Of a stretch of DNA of 64,000 nt, positions 30,582-42,302 are shown piece by piece. This DNA comes from Acholeplasma sp. Its GTDB lineage: Bacteria; Bacillota_I; Bacilli_A; Acholeplasmatales; UBA5453. The position numbers were made by a program, and so were the translations under genes. How positions within the stretch are numbered: the stretch's first letter is position 1; every line of letters starts with the position of its first letter. The notes under the pieces are model-generated. The model saw nothing but the letters and a program-made list of their open reading frames with translations, did not search any database and was not told the origin of the DNA. The stretch lies in contig JAVBWN010000031.1 of the NCBI GenBank assembly GCA_036677365.1, positions 12,975 to 76,974 on the forward strand, given 5' to 3'.

Positions 30582-31049
30582 CTAAACTTGGATGTCGCGG
30601 ATATCATCTACGATAATCCAATCATCCATATTCTTTTCTCTTCTATAGTGAAAAGGTTCGATGGGTTCTAATTGATGAATTTCGATGAGACATAGATATT
30701 TCTTGCCTGCCCATCTGATCAACTGATGAGGGGCAAGCTTCAATTCATTTTGATATTTTTCAACAAAAGCAATCGACTCGGTTTCTGTCATTGAATTGGT
30801 TTCGATGACTTGCTTTACAAGAGCTCGATGGGTGATGAGTAAATCACTACCTGTTTCAACAAAATATAGGATATCATCTTGTTTAACACGTCCACCAAGC
30901 GGGACTTTTTTCCCGGCTGCACCTCGGATAATCATCGTTTTTTGATGATCTATCATTTTTTGAAGTTCTTTCGCTTTTTTGTCGAGATAAACGACATGAT
31001 CTGCATGATTGTCTCGTTTTTGATACCAAGTTGATTGTGACATAGGCAA
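30582..31049 (-). CDS. ASCH/PUA-like hypothetical protein (start uncertain)
   Basis: KTMIIRGAAG...DILYF pattern typical of ASCH-like folds. Confidence 0.55.
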   Translation of the reverse strand: MPMSQSTWYQKRDNHADHVVYLDKKAKELQKMIDHQKTMIIRGAAGKKVPLGGRVKQDDILYFVETGSDLLITHRALVKQVIETNSMTETESIAFVEKYQNELKLAPHQLIRWAGKKYLCLIEIHQLEPIEPFHYRREKNMDDWIIVDDIRDIQV

Positions 31050-31312
31050 CTCCTTTACATTATTCTTATTCCGATGAGGTAAATAATTGTTTGATTAGAG
31101 TCAATCTTCTATTTATACTACAACGTTTGTTTGAATATTTTATACTTATGAAAACTAGCAAACCAACAAAATATCTACACTTTTGTTGATACATTATAGT
31201 GTATCGTATGAAGATTTCATTTTTAATTGATAGGTAGATTTTGCTAGATGTGATGGAAAATGTTGAGCCCTATTGATCAGGATCAGTTATCCTACTGGAT
31301 AAAACAAACGGA

Positions 31313-31663
31313 CTAATTAGAAGATTTTTTTTTATTCTTTTTCTTCTTCTCAGTATTCTTTCTCATTGGAAAGGTTGTGTAAATAAATCCCCCATCGAAG
31401 AACTTGTAATGCGTTAGCCCATGTTTATCTTCATATTGTCCTATCTTATGTGAAATGAATACTAAAAGCATAATCCCAGGACCGACAATAAAGGCAATCC
31501 AAACATATTCTAATGAATGAGTTTCAATAAAGATCACTGCACTTATCGCAAAAATCAGTACAATTGTTGTTAGCCAAAAGAACACTCTAATTCTTTTTTT
31601 AATGAACCAATAAAGATTAAATACAATTTGAATAAACGATTTTGGTTTATTATTTTTATTCAT
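31313..31663 (-). CDS. Hypothetical two-TM membrane protein
   Basis: SD AAGGA, two hydrophobic helices, Lys-rich tail. Confidence 0.6.
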   Translation of the reverse strand: MNKNNKPKSFIQIVFNLYWFIKKRIRVFFWLTTIVLIFAISAVIFIETHSLEYVWIAFIVGPGIMLLVFISHKIGQYEDKHGLTHYKFFDGGFIYTTFPMRKNTEKKKKNKKKSSN

Positions 31664-31685
31664 ATGTTAGTTTCCTTTTCCATAT

Positions 31686-32093
31686 TTATTTTCTGTGAAA
31701 TTTATTTATTTCATCTATCACTTTAGAAATGATATCACTAGAAGACATTCCATCGGTCGATATCGTATCGTTAATACTATCAAGCATCATGATATTTTCA
31801 CCGTCTTGCGTACCAACAGTCGTGTACATCCCTTTTTTCCCACCATTGATTGTTTGAATCATCACTTCATAATACTGATCTTTCTCCACATAATCAAAAT
31901 CAATATAGAGATGATACCTATGCATCAATTCAACCATTTCAATGTCCAATTCATTGAACAAAATGTACATCGCCTCAAACGTCGCGTTTTTGTCTTTGTT
32001 CAATTCCAATTTTTCCCGAAAATATGTTCTATGTGCTTCTTTTGTTTTAGCGATTGTTGCTTCATTGTTCTTCTTTTTGAAAATATTAAACAA
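31686..32093 (-). CDS. Hypothetical protein
   Basis: 135-aa ORF with SD GGAAGGTG, co-oriented with its neighbours. Confidence 0.6.
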   Translation of the reverse strand: MFNIFKKKNNEATIAKTKEAHRTYFREKLELNKDKNATFEAMYILFNELDIEMVELMHRYHLYIDFDYVEKDQYYEVMIQTINGGKKGMYTTVGTQDGENIMMLDSINDTISTDGMSSSDIISKVIDEINKFHRK

Positions 32094-32123
32094 TTCTAAT
32101 ACACCTTCCTTTTAGCGGAGAAT

Positions 32124-32462
32124 TTACCACGCTCTATATTCTTCAGTAATATCGTAATCAAATGAAAAACCCAATCTTGTAGAGACTGATTCAATATAAG
32201 TATATATGTCTTCTCTCTCCATGGTTTCGATTAATCCATAATTGGCTTTTTCATTTATCTTATTAATGGAAATGACGAGGTCTTTTACCAAACTGAGATA
32301 CTCTGCTTCGGACTTCACCTTGGATGCGTTTGAATCAAATGCATACAATTCATCGGTCAACTGTTTAATGACCTTTTTGGTTTTCTTATCTAACTGATTA
32401 GCCAATTTTTGATAATCAACAATACTTGCAATAATTTGATCTATTTCTACAATGCTCTTCAT
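32124..32462 (-). CDS. Hypothetical helical protein (IETxEREDI motif)
   Basis: 112-aa ORF with SD GGAAGG; INKINEK..GLIETMEREDI...EEYRAW. Confidence 0.65.
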   Translation of the reverse strand: MKSIVEIDQIIASIVDYQKLANQLDKKTKKVIKQLTDELYAFDSNASKVKSEAEYLSLVKDLVISINKINEKANYGLIETMEREDIYTYIESVSTRLGFSFDYDITEEYRAW

Positions 32463-32979
32463 AAAAAAACCTTCCTTCTTTAAAAAGTGTATACTTCATT
32501 ATAACTCAATATACGCTAACAATAAATAGTTAGTGAATGATTTATCTCTCAATTAAAGTTTTACTACTGTTTATTAGCCAATAGACTATTTTATATATAT
32601 GCAAAATATAAAATCAAATACTTAAGGTTTTGTTATAACGCCGATGTATTTCATATAGATTCAGTTCTAAAATAACGCTCCACGCTAGTCCAGAATTAAC
32701 TGTAACTGTAGGCGCTAGTAAACGTGAGATGAAACGTAGTACACTCTACCAGATTTATAACATCAGTTTGAAAAGCGCTTTAGGATAGAGTAGAGAAGCT
32801 GTATATATAGGATACAGTTTAAAAAGTGAAAGATAATTTTCGATAACAAAGATACGAATGAGTTACACTGGTAGATTTGTTAACAAAGACTGGTTTGATG
32901 TGGATGTTATTAGAATGAACGATAAAAAGATATAAAAAAACCTCCTTATCATCAAAAAAGAGGTTTCTATGGGTATTTA

Positions 32980-33375
32980 TCAATCTTTTCGTTTCATGTA
33001 GAATACTTCAAATTGGTGTAGATCTAGGTCTTTAAATGAACGATAATAAACCCATTCATCATCCGATGCTTTTTCGGTCTCTATCCCACCATTTTTTAAA
33101 ACTTTGTTCATGAATTTATCAACATGCTCAATACTTTTCATTTCAATACTGATGAATGAATTATGAACATCCTTTTGAGCAAGCTTTAACTTGGGATGAA
33201 ACGATTGAAAATGTGATTTTTCTAAGACCATTAAGTAAGTGTTCCTATTAAACTCTACACAAAATCCTTGTTCGTTTGAGTACGCATCTTTAATTTTTAA
33301 ACCAATTTTAGTAAAAAAGTTTCTTGAAGCAGGCACATTATCGGTATATAAATGTGTATATGTTTTTACTTTCAT
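32980..33375 (-). CDS. VOC/glyoxalase family protein
   Basis: ASRNFFTKIG, VDKFM.K..KNGG, YYRSFKDLDLHQFE. Confidence 0.8.
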   Translation of the reverse strand: MKVKTYTHLYTDNVPASRNFFTKIGLKIKDAYSNEQGFCVEFNRNTYLMVLEKSHFQSFHPKLKLAQKDVHNSFISIEMKSIEHVDKFMNKVLKNGGIETEKASDDEWVYYRSFKDLDLHQFEVFYMKRKD

Positions 33376-33562
33376 CCTATCACATCCTTTTTACTAATTA
33401 TATCATATTGGAAAAAAATGATGCCAATGTGCATCAGCTATAAACTGTTGAACTTTACTGGATTTAAATTCCAATAATTATCCATGAATCCAAAATTACT
33501 CAGTTGGAGTTTTATATATACTATCGTAACTAGGATTCTTAATCGTGATACCTACGATTATT

Positions 33563-34876
33563 TGAATTGATACCATTTTCTTGTACTTTATGTTCTTTGT
33601 AGTTATTATATCATTTGTTGATTCATTAACCTATATTGTATTGGTGAATAACCACCTAGAGTTAATTTTATACTATCGTGATTATACCAATAGATATACT
33701 CATCAATTGTTCTTATGAAATCAGATAATGATTTAACCTTTTGTAAATATATGGTCTCGCATTTAAGTGTCCCGAAGAAACTTTCAACCACTGACATTTA
33801 TATGCATTACCTTTAGCACTCATGGATTGCACAAATGATGATTTCTTAAGGTAATTACGATATTTAGGTGATTGGTATAGAATACCTTGATCAGAGTGTA
33901 TGAGAAGCTTTGATAAGTCTTCATTTGGGTTGATGGCTTTCTTAAGAGTTTTTAGAATCAAGTCTTGATTTTGACTCCTAGAGATTTGGTATGCTTTGAC
34001 TTCATCATTGTAAAGATCTTGTACCACAGATAAATATAAACGCTTACGATTGAATCTAAACTCTGATACATCTGTGACCCATGCGATATTAGGTTCATCT
34101 TTTTTAAAGTCTCTTTTAAGTAGATTGGGTGTAATTTTGTTTGATATTTGAGAGATATAGCGATATCTCTTTTTTCTTACCTTACAAACGATATGTAACC
34201 CTTTCATGAGCCTTACGACAGTCTTATAGGCTATTTTAATCTGATAGAAGTTTTGAAGGGCGAGTTTGATACGTCTATAGCCATATTTTTTGTTACTAGA
34301 CTCAAAGATTTCTGAAATAAGTATCTTAATATCATGATATATATCAGTCTCATTATGCTGTTCATAATAATAGTAAACAGACTTTGGAAGTCTTGATATG
34401 AGAAGTAGATCTTTTAATACATATTTTCGCCTTAGTTCCTTGACTACTTGGTATTTTTGTTTGTTTGTTCCTGTTTTTGAACTAAGACTATAAGTTTTTT
34501 TGTATTCAAGCTCCATTTCTAGGTGTTTAACTTTGAGTTCTAAATCCTGTTCTACCTCTTTGGATGGCTTATGGAATTGTCTCGATGGATTCTTTCGATA
34601 GTCTTTAGGTGTTTGAAAGAAACGCTCTTTCCCATAGAGTCTATACTGATAAACCCATCTTGCAGGCAATGTATCATTTAGACTCCCAGATGATAAAATA
34701 CATATCATATTTGCGTGCTGCTTGACTGTAAGATAGTTCATTATCAATAATATCTAAAACCACTTTTAATTTGAACTCTAAACTCTATAATCTATTATTT
34801 TTCTTTTTATCTTTCATGCGATACCCCTTGCATATACTTGTATAATATCAAAGTACAACTTTTTGGTATCAGTTCA
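33563..34876 (-). mobile_element. IS3 family element (1314 bp), decayed
   Basis: Terminal IRs TGAATTGATACCATTTTCTTGTACTTT and TGAACTGATACCAAAAAGTTGTACTTT; rve motifs WVTD, IHSDQG, ESFFGTLK. Confidence 0.88.
33606..34817 (-). pseudogene. IS3 transposase orfAB pseudogene
   Basis: In-frame TAG early in orfA, plus a frameshift between GNAY and VVESFF that splits the DDE domain. Confidence 0.85.
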
Positions 34877-35174
34877 GTTACAAGACCTATTTTTATATAA
34901 TTAGGTACCTTTGATAAAATTTTACGCACGCTTGCATAAATTTACTCACCCTCTATTTTATGGCTTAACAATGATTCAACTGCTAAAAATAACTGTTAAA
35001 AATATACTATACAGTCTGACACTCGGGAGTGCATGAAACAACTAAAGAGAGTTCCAATACTTTAAATCATTTCATTAACACAAAATTCTTGACACTACCA
35101 AGGTGAGAAATGATTAAAAATATAGGGTATCTACACATCGATACCCTAAATCATTCATTTAATTACAATTTATT

Positions 35175-36800
<1,626 letters not shown>

Positions 36801-36810
36801 TTAAGATAAT

Positions 36811-37071
36811 TTATTTTTCTAAAATAGCAAGAATGTTTTTTGATTGAACAAGTAGATATTCTGTTTGTTCAATCTTGACTTTAGTACCAGCATAAGATTG
36901 ATAAATAACTTCGTCCTCTGCCTTGATATTCTCAACTTTAGGACCTACTGAAATCACTTTACCAATCGCTGGTCTGTCTTTGTCTTCAGTGGCAAGAATG
37001 ATACCACTCGCTGTGGTTTTCTCTTCTTTTTTCACTGAAAGAACGACATAGTCTTCTAATGGTCTAATCAC
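36811..37071 (-). CDS. groES: Co-chaperonin GroES
   Basis: IRPLEDYV...TTASGIIL...YAGT. Confidence 0.96.
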   Translation of the reverse strand: MIRPLEDYVVLSVKKEEKTTASGIILATEDKDRPAIGKVISVGPKVENIKAEDEVIYQSYAGTKVKIEQTEYLLVQSKNILAILEK

Positions 37072-37087
37072 AATAATCCCTCCATTT

Positions 37088-37114
37088 CTGGCACTCGTTT
37101 ATGTGTTGTGCCAA
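37088..37114 (-). promoter_or_regulatory. CIRCE (HrcA operator), imperfect
   Basis: TTGGCACAA-N9-GAGTGCCAG versus consensus TTAGCACTC-N9-GAGTGCTAA, between the promoter and groES. Confidence 0.8.
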
Positions 37115-37124
37115 TCCGATTTTT

Positions 37125-37152
37125 ATTATACTCAAATGAAAAAAGTTGTCAA
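37125..37152 (-). promoter_or_regulatory. sigmaA promoter of groESL
   Basis: TTGACA-N16-TATAAT. Confidence 0.8.
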
Positions 37153-37427
37153 GTGTTGAATGTTAAAAAATGATGATTTTATTTGGCTATTCATTATTTT
37201 ATAATACTCTTTTTATAATATGATAAAATAAGAGTTTTTGTCTTTCTGCTGTATAAAGCGGCAGCAATATTTGGAGCTTCTTTTTCTTAGCTTCACTAAT
37301 TGATGATCATGATTGTCACTCATAGAAAAAACGACTCAAATCAATTAAGAGTTGGGTCGCTTGAATCGATTGATTTTACTGCCAATACTATCATTTAAAA
37401 ATCGCAACTCGTGACCAAGATATGATC

Positions 37428-37538
37428 TTATGCCACTAAAATACTCTCGTGTACATTATTTATGACTTTAATCATAACGTCTATTTTATCAGTGAAAAGT
37501 CCAACGACATCAAAATCACTAAATGGTGACTTATCAAA
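37428..37538 (-). pseudogene. Startless 3' gene remnant, possibly a type I restriction HsdR C-terminus
   Basis: Hand translation FDKSPFSDFDVVGLFTDKIDVMIKVINNVHESILVA*, followed by a terminator (~37325-37360); truncated at the repeat array. Confidence 0.3.
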
Positions 37539-37611
37539 TCGTGTAGATTTTTTAGCACCCCCTCTTCATATCGTGTAGAAATCTTAGCAGCCCTCACTTA
37601 AATCGTGTAAA
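37536..37611. repeat. Degenerate 32-bp tandem repeat array 1 (ATCGTGTA...TTAGCACCC)
   Basis: CGTGTA at 37540, 37572, 37604; TAGCA(C/G)CC at 37553, 37585. Confidence 0.85.
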
Positions 37612-37924
37612 CCTGGTGTTGTTGCTGCAAGTTGCTTGTTAGTTTCAGCTTCCCTAAATTGACACGACTGTGCTACGAAACGTGAAAATCGACTAATAAT
37701 TGGCATTTTTTTGATGTTTAGGCTAAATTTAGGCACAAAAAATGGCCTGATTAATTATGGCTATCTAAAGGGTGGGTTGAGTGACCTATTTTAATACAAT
37801 TGGTATAGGTCAAATATCTACACCATAAATGTATATTAAAAGCGCTACAGTCCAAATTTACTGGATGTAGCGCTTGTTTTATAACGAGAGTTGAATCCCC
37901 ATCACGGCGGAAAATGGCGGATTA

Positions 37925-39475
37925 TTATGAGTTCTTGAATCTTTTTATGATGTCCGGATGATAAGGTAATAGTGTTTCAATTGGAGAAGATTGAATGTTG
38001 TCTAGTACATATTCTAAGTACGGACTCACGTTAATGTCATTGATGCGAGCGGTTCTGATGATTGAAAATATCTCTGTAGTATATCTAGCACCTGTATACG
38101 AACCAGAGGTCATAAAGACTTTACGATTTAATACGAAAGGTTTTACTGCCCGTTCAGCGATGTTATTCGATATCTCGACATAACCAGAATCCATATAAGT
38201 GAATAGTTCCGACCATACTTTCTTAGTATAGTTAATCGCCCCTTCAATCGCTGAATTTGGTTTAAAGTGCGTATTAAAAACCAAAGCTTCTAGCTCTTTA
38301 TGAATGGCTGGATGGGTCTGTTTACGTGCCTTTTCTATCTCGCTAGGCAGTAGCTTTTTCCTTTTGTATTCCGCCTCAAGATGAAATAATCTACCAATAA
38401 CCTCGATGATTTTCGCAGCGTAAGAGTCCTTCATATCAGATTCAGGTACACTTTTAATAATATCCATAAATCTTCTGCGGACATGCGCGAAACACCTTTG
38501 AAGATTAATGTTAGGATTATCTTTTTTCAGTTTTGTGTAACCAGCGTAATCATCACAGACAATTGTTCCCCGATAATCTTTTAACCAAGCTGCTGTTCGA
38601 TCAATCGCGCGTGATTCATGAAAATCATATATCGAGATTTGTTCATCGTAGTAACTTGAGGTATAGACATAAACGTAACTTTTCTTTCGTTGTTTGTCTT
38701 CATCTGGCCTTTTACTAATCGATAGTGTGGTTTCATCCGCGTGGATCACACCGGCTTGATTAGATAATAAATCAGATTTCATATGGCTATAAAGTGGCGT
38801 AAGCACAGTCGCCATTTTAGCCATATAATTCGCTAAGTTTTGTTTGGATATCTCGATATCAAGGGTATCTTTGATATGTCTAGAAAGATGTTCAAAAGGA
38901 ATCCCTAGTTCGTACTTATGATAGCCTACATAGGATAAAAAGGAGTGACTTACAATACTCCCAGGAAAAAGTGCGTTTGAAACAGGATAATAGAGTTTAT
39001 TATCTGTTTTATTACAGTGTGCACATTTACAGCTCTTCTTAATAATCTTAACTACTTTCAAAGTCGCTGGAATAGATTCAATCACGTATCTTACCTTTTG
39101 AGACGCTAGTACTAAATCATCTCCACAGGTAGGACAAGCAGACTCATTCGGTTCTTCATATCTGGTTTCTACGACATGACGTTCAAAATCAAATTTAGAG
39201 AAGTGATCGCTTTTAGGTTTACGGATTTTAGTTTCTTTCAAGATAGATTCGGTTTCGTTAATGATTACCGGGTTACTTACTTCAGTTTTAGGTACGAAAC
39301 GTCTCAATCTTTCGATGGTATATTTTTCTTTAACGGTTTCCTTTTGTTTTAAAACTTCGTTCAATTGCGAATTCAACTCAAAAATAAGGCGATGATTTCG
39401 CTCTTGTTCTTCGAGTAATGCTTGATTTTGTTTCGTCAATCTTTCGATTTCAGCGAGGGCTTTTTTTAGGTTCAT
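37925..39475 (-). CDS. tnpC: IS66 transposase TnpC
   Basis: Coiled coil, CPTCG zinc finger, HADET, CDDYAGY, QRCFAHVRR, SNNIAERAVK. Confidence 0.93.
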   Translation of the reverse strand: MNLKKALAEIERLTKQNQALLEEQERNHRLIFELNSQLNEVLKQKETVKEKYTIERLRRFVPKTEVSNPVIINETESILKETKIRKPKSDHFSKFDFERHVVETRYEEPNESACPTCGDDLVLASQKVRYVIESIPATLKVVKIIKKSCKCAHCNKTDNKLYYPVSNALFPGSIVSHSFLSYVGYHKYELGIPFEHLSRHIKDTLDIEISKQNLANYMAKMATVLTPLYSHMKSDLLSNQAGVIHADETTLSISKRPDEDKQRKKSYVYVYTSSYYDEQISIYDFHESRAIDRTAAWLKDYRGTIVCDDYAGYTKLKKDNPNINLQRCFAHVRRRFMDIIKSVPESDMKDSYAAKIIEVIGRLFHLEAEYKRKKLLPSEIEKARKQTHPAIHKELEALVFNTHFKPNSAIEGAINYTKKVWSELFTYMDSGYVEISNNIAERAVKPFVLNRKVFMTSGSYTGARYTTEIFSIIRTARINDINVSPYLEYVLDNIQSSPIETLLPYHPDIIKRFKNS

Positions 39476-39528
39476 ACAATGATTATACCATAAGTAAATA
39501 TTTTTACTATATATATAGTAAACACATT

Positions 39529-39864
39529 CTAAAACGCGATTTCTCGTTTACGATCTTCAATCACCCTTAATCCTTTTAATATCGCCTCTAAATCTTTCGC
39601 TTGATATCCGCCACTTTCGATTCTTTCTGGCCATTTAAACTTCGTGAAATTAATCTTATTGATGAGTAGCCAACTGCCGTACTCATCTTCATAGTATATT
39701 TTCAATGTCTTTCGATCTCTTGAACAAAACACAAATAATGTGTTGAGTATTTCTATCGGTGAGAAGTTACAGGATAGGAGTATCTGGAATCTGTTCATAC
39801 CTGCTCTCATATCTATCTCTTTTGTGTAGAAGTAAATCTGTTTGACTCTCCTATAATCGATCAT
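39529..39864 (-). CDS. tnpB: IS66 accessory protein TnpB
   Basis: IDMRAG...LFVFCSRDR..LKIYY. Confidence 0.88.
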   Translation of the reverse strand: MIDYRRVKQIYFYTKEIDMRAGMNRFQILLSCNFSPIEILNTLFVFCSRDRKTLKIYYEDEYGSWLLINKINFTKFKWPERIESGGYQAKDLEAILKGLRVIEDRKREIAF

Positions 39865-40222
39865 AAATTCTATCCAATATCGCTAGTGTCTGTTCTAGGG
39901 AAGTTGTCAGCTTTAATCCTTTTAACTCAATCACCACGATTGAATGATCAAACCGGGTGAAATGGGCTGATTTACGCTTTATCTCTTCACTCTTTAACAT
40001 ATTAACTCTAACATTGTTTTCCTCGTATACTTTCCCAGGCTCATCATCTAATTCTGGAAGTCTTACAAAGTCACCTTGAAGGTGATTGTACGCCCTTACC
40101 CAATCTCTAAATGTACCTCGTTTTAAATCATTAACTTTACAAAATTCTGTCGTGTTTAATCCTGACATCCGATATTTTTTTACCAGGTCTAGCCTTTCTC
40201 GATCGGTTAGTGTTTTTCTCAT
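39851..40222 (-). CDS. tnpA: IS66 accessory protein TnpA
   Basis: SGLNTTEFC...TFRDW HTH. Confidence 0.85.
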   Translation of the reverse strand: MRKTLTDRERLDLVKKYRMSGLNTTEFCKVNDLKRGTFRDWVRAYNHLQGDFVRLPELDDEPGKVYEENNVRVNMLKSEEIKRKSAHFTRFDHSIVVIELKGLKLTTSLEQTLAILDRIYDRL

Positions 40223-40407
40223 ATTCGTTCTCCTTTTCCTTAAGGATACAAAATAACACTCTGTTTTATTAGAGTGTTATTATTTGACGTCTACTACAAT
40301 TGCGCTCAAAAACAACTCTTGAAAGTGTGAAAAAGCCCATATTAAAGCAAAAAAAGGCCTGATTATTGAATCAGACCTATTCTAGTCAGATGTCTGTGGT
40401 TATGAGG

Positions 40408-40524
40408 TTTAATACAATTTTAGCACCCCGACCTTCAAATCGTGTAAAAATTTTAGCACCCTAGTGTCATATCGTGTAATTTTTTAGCACCCTTGCGTTA
40501 AAATGTGTAGATTTTTAGCACCCC
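40408..40524. repeat. Degenerate 31-33-bp tandem repeat array 2, with adjacent 12-bp core TTTAATACAATT (candidate att end)
   Basis: TAGCACCC at 40421, 40454, 40485, 40516; (C/T)GTGTA at 40441, 40473, 40504; TTTAATACAATT at 40408 is also present at 37790. Confidence 0.85.
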
Positions 40525-40610
40525 AATAAAATGGCTTAACAGAAGGGTTCTTTATAATGACTTTTGAATTTACCCTACACAGTCCAAAACAAAAAACCGC
40601 TTGGCCACCA

Positions 40611-41456
40611 TTAAACTTTTTTTAGCCAGGCTACTCCTACAGAATTTGGACCGGTATGTACGCTTATTACAGGCGATAACTCACAAATCTCTATATCATG
40701 ATTAGGATATATTTTTTTCAACATGTCTCTAATTTTAACTGCGTTTTGATGTGAATTTGCATGTGCAACCATTATCAAAGACGAACAGTTTAACTGTTCT
40801 GCTTTGGCGATTTCAATTACATCCTGATAAGCTTTTGAGAGTGAACGAACTTTTTTGTGTAGATTAATGTATCCATCTTCGAATTTCAAAATTGGCTTTA
40901 TCTTGAGAAGAGTACCAATTATTGCACTTACATTGTTTACTCTTCCCGTTCTTGCTAAATGCTTTAAATCGTCTACAATCAAATATATCGCTGCTTTTTC
41001 TCTTAGTATTTCGAGGATTGAGACAATTTCATGTATCGTTTTCCCTTTTGAAGCTAAACGAACCGCCTCTTTAACAAACATTAATTGGATGGCAGAAGTA
41101 TGTAGTGAATCAAACACCTCGATTTCTATACCTTCAATTTGATTCATTGCAAGTTTACCTGTACTATAAGTCCCACTAATTTTCGAACTGATCGTGATGT
41201 ACAAGATTTGATCGTATTTGGATTTCAACATTTCAAATAACTCCAAAATTTCGCCGACGCTAGGTTGTGAAGTTGTCGGTATAATGGATGATTGATCCAT
41301 CATTTGAAAAAACATTTCTTGTGTCAAATCAACTCCATCCGCATAGTCGTGATCTTTTATCATTAAATGAAGTGGAACAATGTATACATTTGGGTTTGAT
41401 TTGACAAACTCTTTGTCCACTACAGCAGTACTATCTGTTACGATTGCTGTTTTCAT
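40611..41456 (-). CDS. DegV family fatty-acid-binding protein
   Basis: IVTDST, TTSQPS, ISSKISGTY, LKIKPIL, SVHTGP. Confidence 0.93.
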   Translation of the reverse strand: MKTAIVTDSTAVVDKEFVKSNPNVYIVPLHLMIKDHDYADGVDLTQEMFFQMMDQSSIIPTTSQPSVGEILELFEMLKSKYDQILYITISSKISGTYSTGKLAMNQIEGIEIEVFDSLHTSAIQLMFVKEAVRLASKGKTIHEIVSILEILREKAAIYLIVDDLKHLARTGRVNNVSAIIGTLLKIKPILKFEDGYINLHKKVRSLSKAYQDVIEIAKAEQLNCSSLIMVAHANSHQNAVKIRDMLKKIYPNHDIEICELSPVISVHTGPNSVGVAWLKKV

Positions 41457-41666
41457 CTTTTATTGTTTCCTTTCTGTTGTGTCTTTAGCGAAAAATGATA
41501 AGGCATATACTTATAAAAATTATTAATGAAAAGCAAACTTCTTTAATTTATCATAAAATTTTGCAATCGATTAACTATAATAACCTGAGCTGTTCAATAT
41601 AAACTTGGGAGTTATAGTATCTAGTGTACCACTTGTTTGAGGGTACTAATCTTGGATTTAAAAGAA

Positions 41667-42302
41667 TTACAGATTATTTTCTAATAGAGTGACCAAGTCC
41701 GAAGGAGAATTGAGATCAAAGGTGTTAACATTTTTTATCTTTTCTTCGACTGTGTTTAATCCCCATCTCGCATATAAAAATGGAACACCTGCCTTCTGTG
41801 ACGATTCATAATCCCTCACTTCATCACCGATAAATAGTGTTTCGGACTTTAATAATCGATGGCTAGAAAGAATTTTTTTTATTGTTTTATGCTTTTTATT
41901 TAACGTGATGCCCGCGTGAATCTCAGTGAAATAATTCAATTGATGCTTTTGAATAAAGTTAGAGATGTCATCGTAATTATTCGCAGAAATAATGCTCAAT
42001 TTTATGCCTTTATCCACCAGTTTTGCAAGCGATTCTTTGAGTTCTTTATACGGAACTGCCTGCGCTATTAATGAGGAAACTATTAATGAGGAATCCGCTT
42101 TAATTTTATGATAATTCCAAGGACGAATTCCAAGTTTCCAAGCATAATAGATCGGTGAACGAGACTTTAATATCATTATCTGCTCCGGCGATATAAAATT
42201 AAGTTTATACTTTTTTTGTAATTTATTATATACTTCTACCGTTGCATTTTCTGTATTTGCAATAGTCCCGTTGAAATCAAAAAAGACCATTTTTAAACTC
42301 AT
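41667..42302 (-). CDS. HAD-superfamily hydrolase
   Basis: FFDFNGT motif I (second Asp replaced by Asn), IGDEVRD motif IV. Confidence 0.8.
   Translation of the reverse strand: MSLKMVFFDFNGTIANTENATVEVYNKLQKKYKLNFISPEQIMILKSRSPIYYAWKLGIRPWNYHKIKADSSLIVSSLIAQAVPYKELKESLAKLVDKGIKLSIISANNYDDISNFIQKHQLNYFTEIHAGITLNKKHKTIKKILSSHRLLKSETLFIGDEVRDYESSQKAGVPFLYARWGLNTVEEKIKNVNTFDLNSPSDLVTLLENNL

Larger units (their letters stand above)
37803..40294 (-). mobile_element. IS66 family element (2492 bp), apparently intact
   Basis: IRs GTATAGGTCAAATATCTACAC and GTAGACGTCAAATAATAACAC; 8-bp TSD TACAATTG at 37795-37802 and 40295-40302; tnpA-tnpB-tnpC. Confidence 0.93.

Noticed and set aside
32520..32930. Possible ncRNA or integron-like attC sites between the small genes
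   Set aside because: No consistent repeat or convincing stem found; more likely decayed sequence
33555..34885. Target-site duplication and activity of the IS3
   Set aside because: The flanks do not match and the ORFs carry stops and frameshifts
37551..37593. TTAGCAC repeats as extra CIRCE sites for groESL
   Set aside because: Direct half-sites only, with no inverted partner at N9; the same motif occurs 3 kb away
40415..40524. Mini CRISPR array (also 37536-37611)
   Set aside because: The period is only 31-33 bp with ~8-nt variable parts, the units are degenerate, and they do not match the tracr anti-repeat
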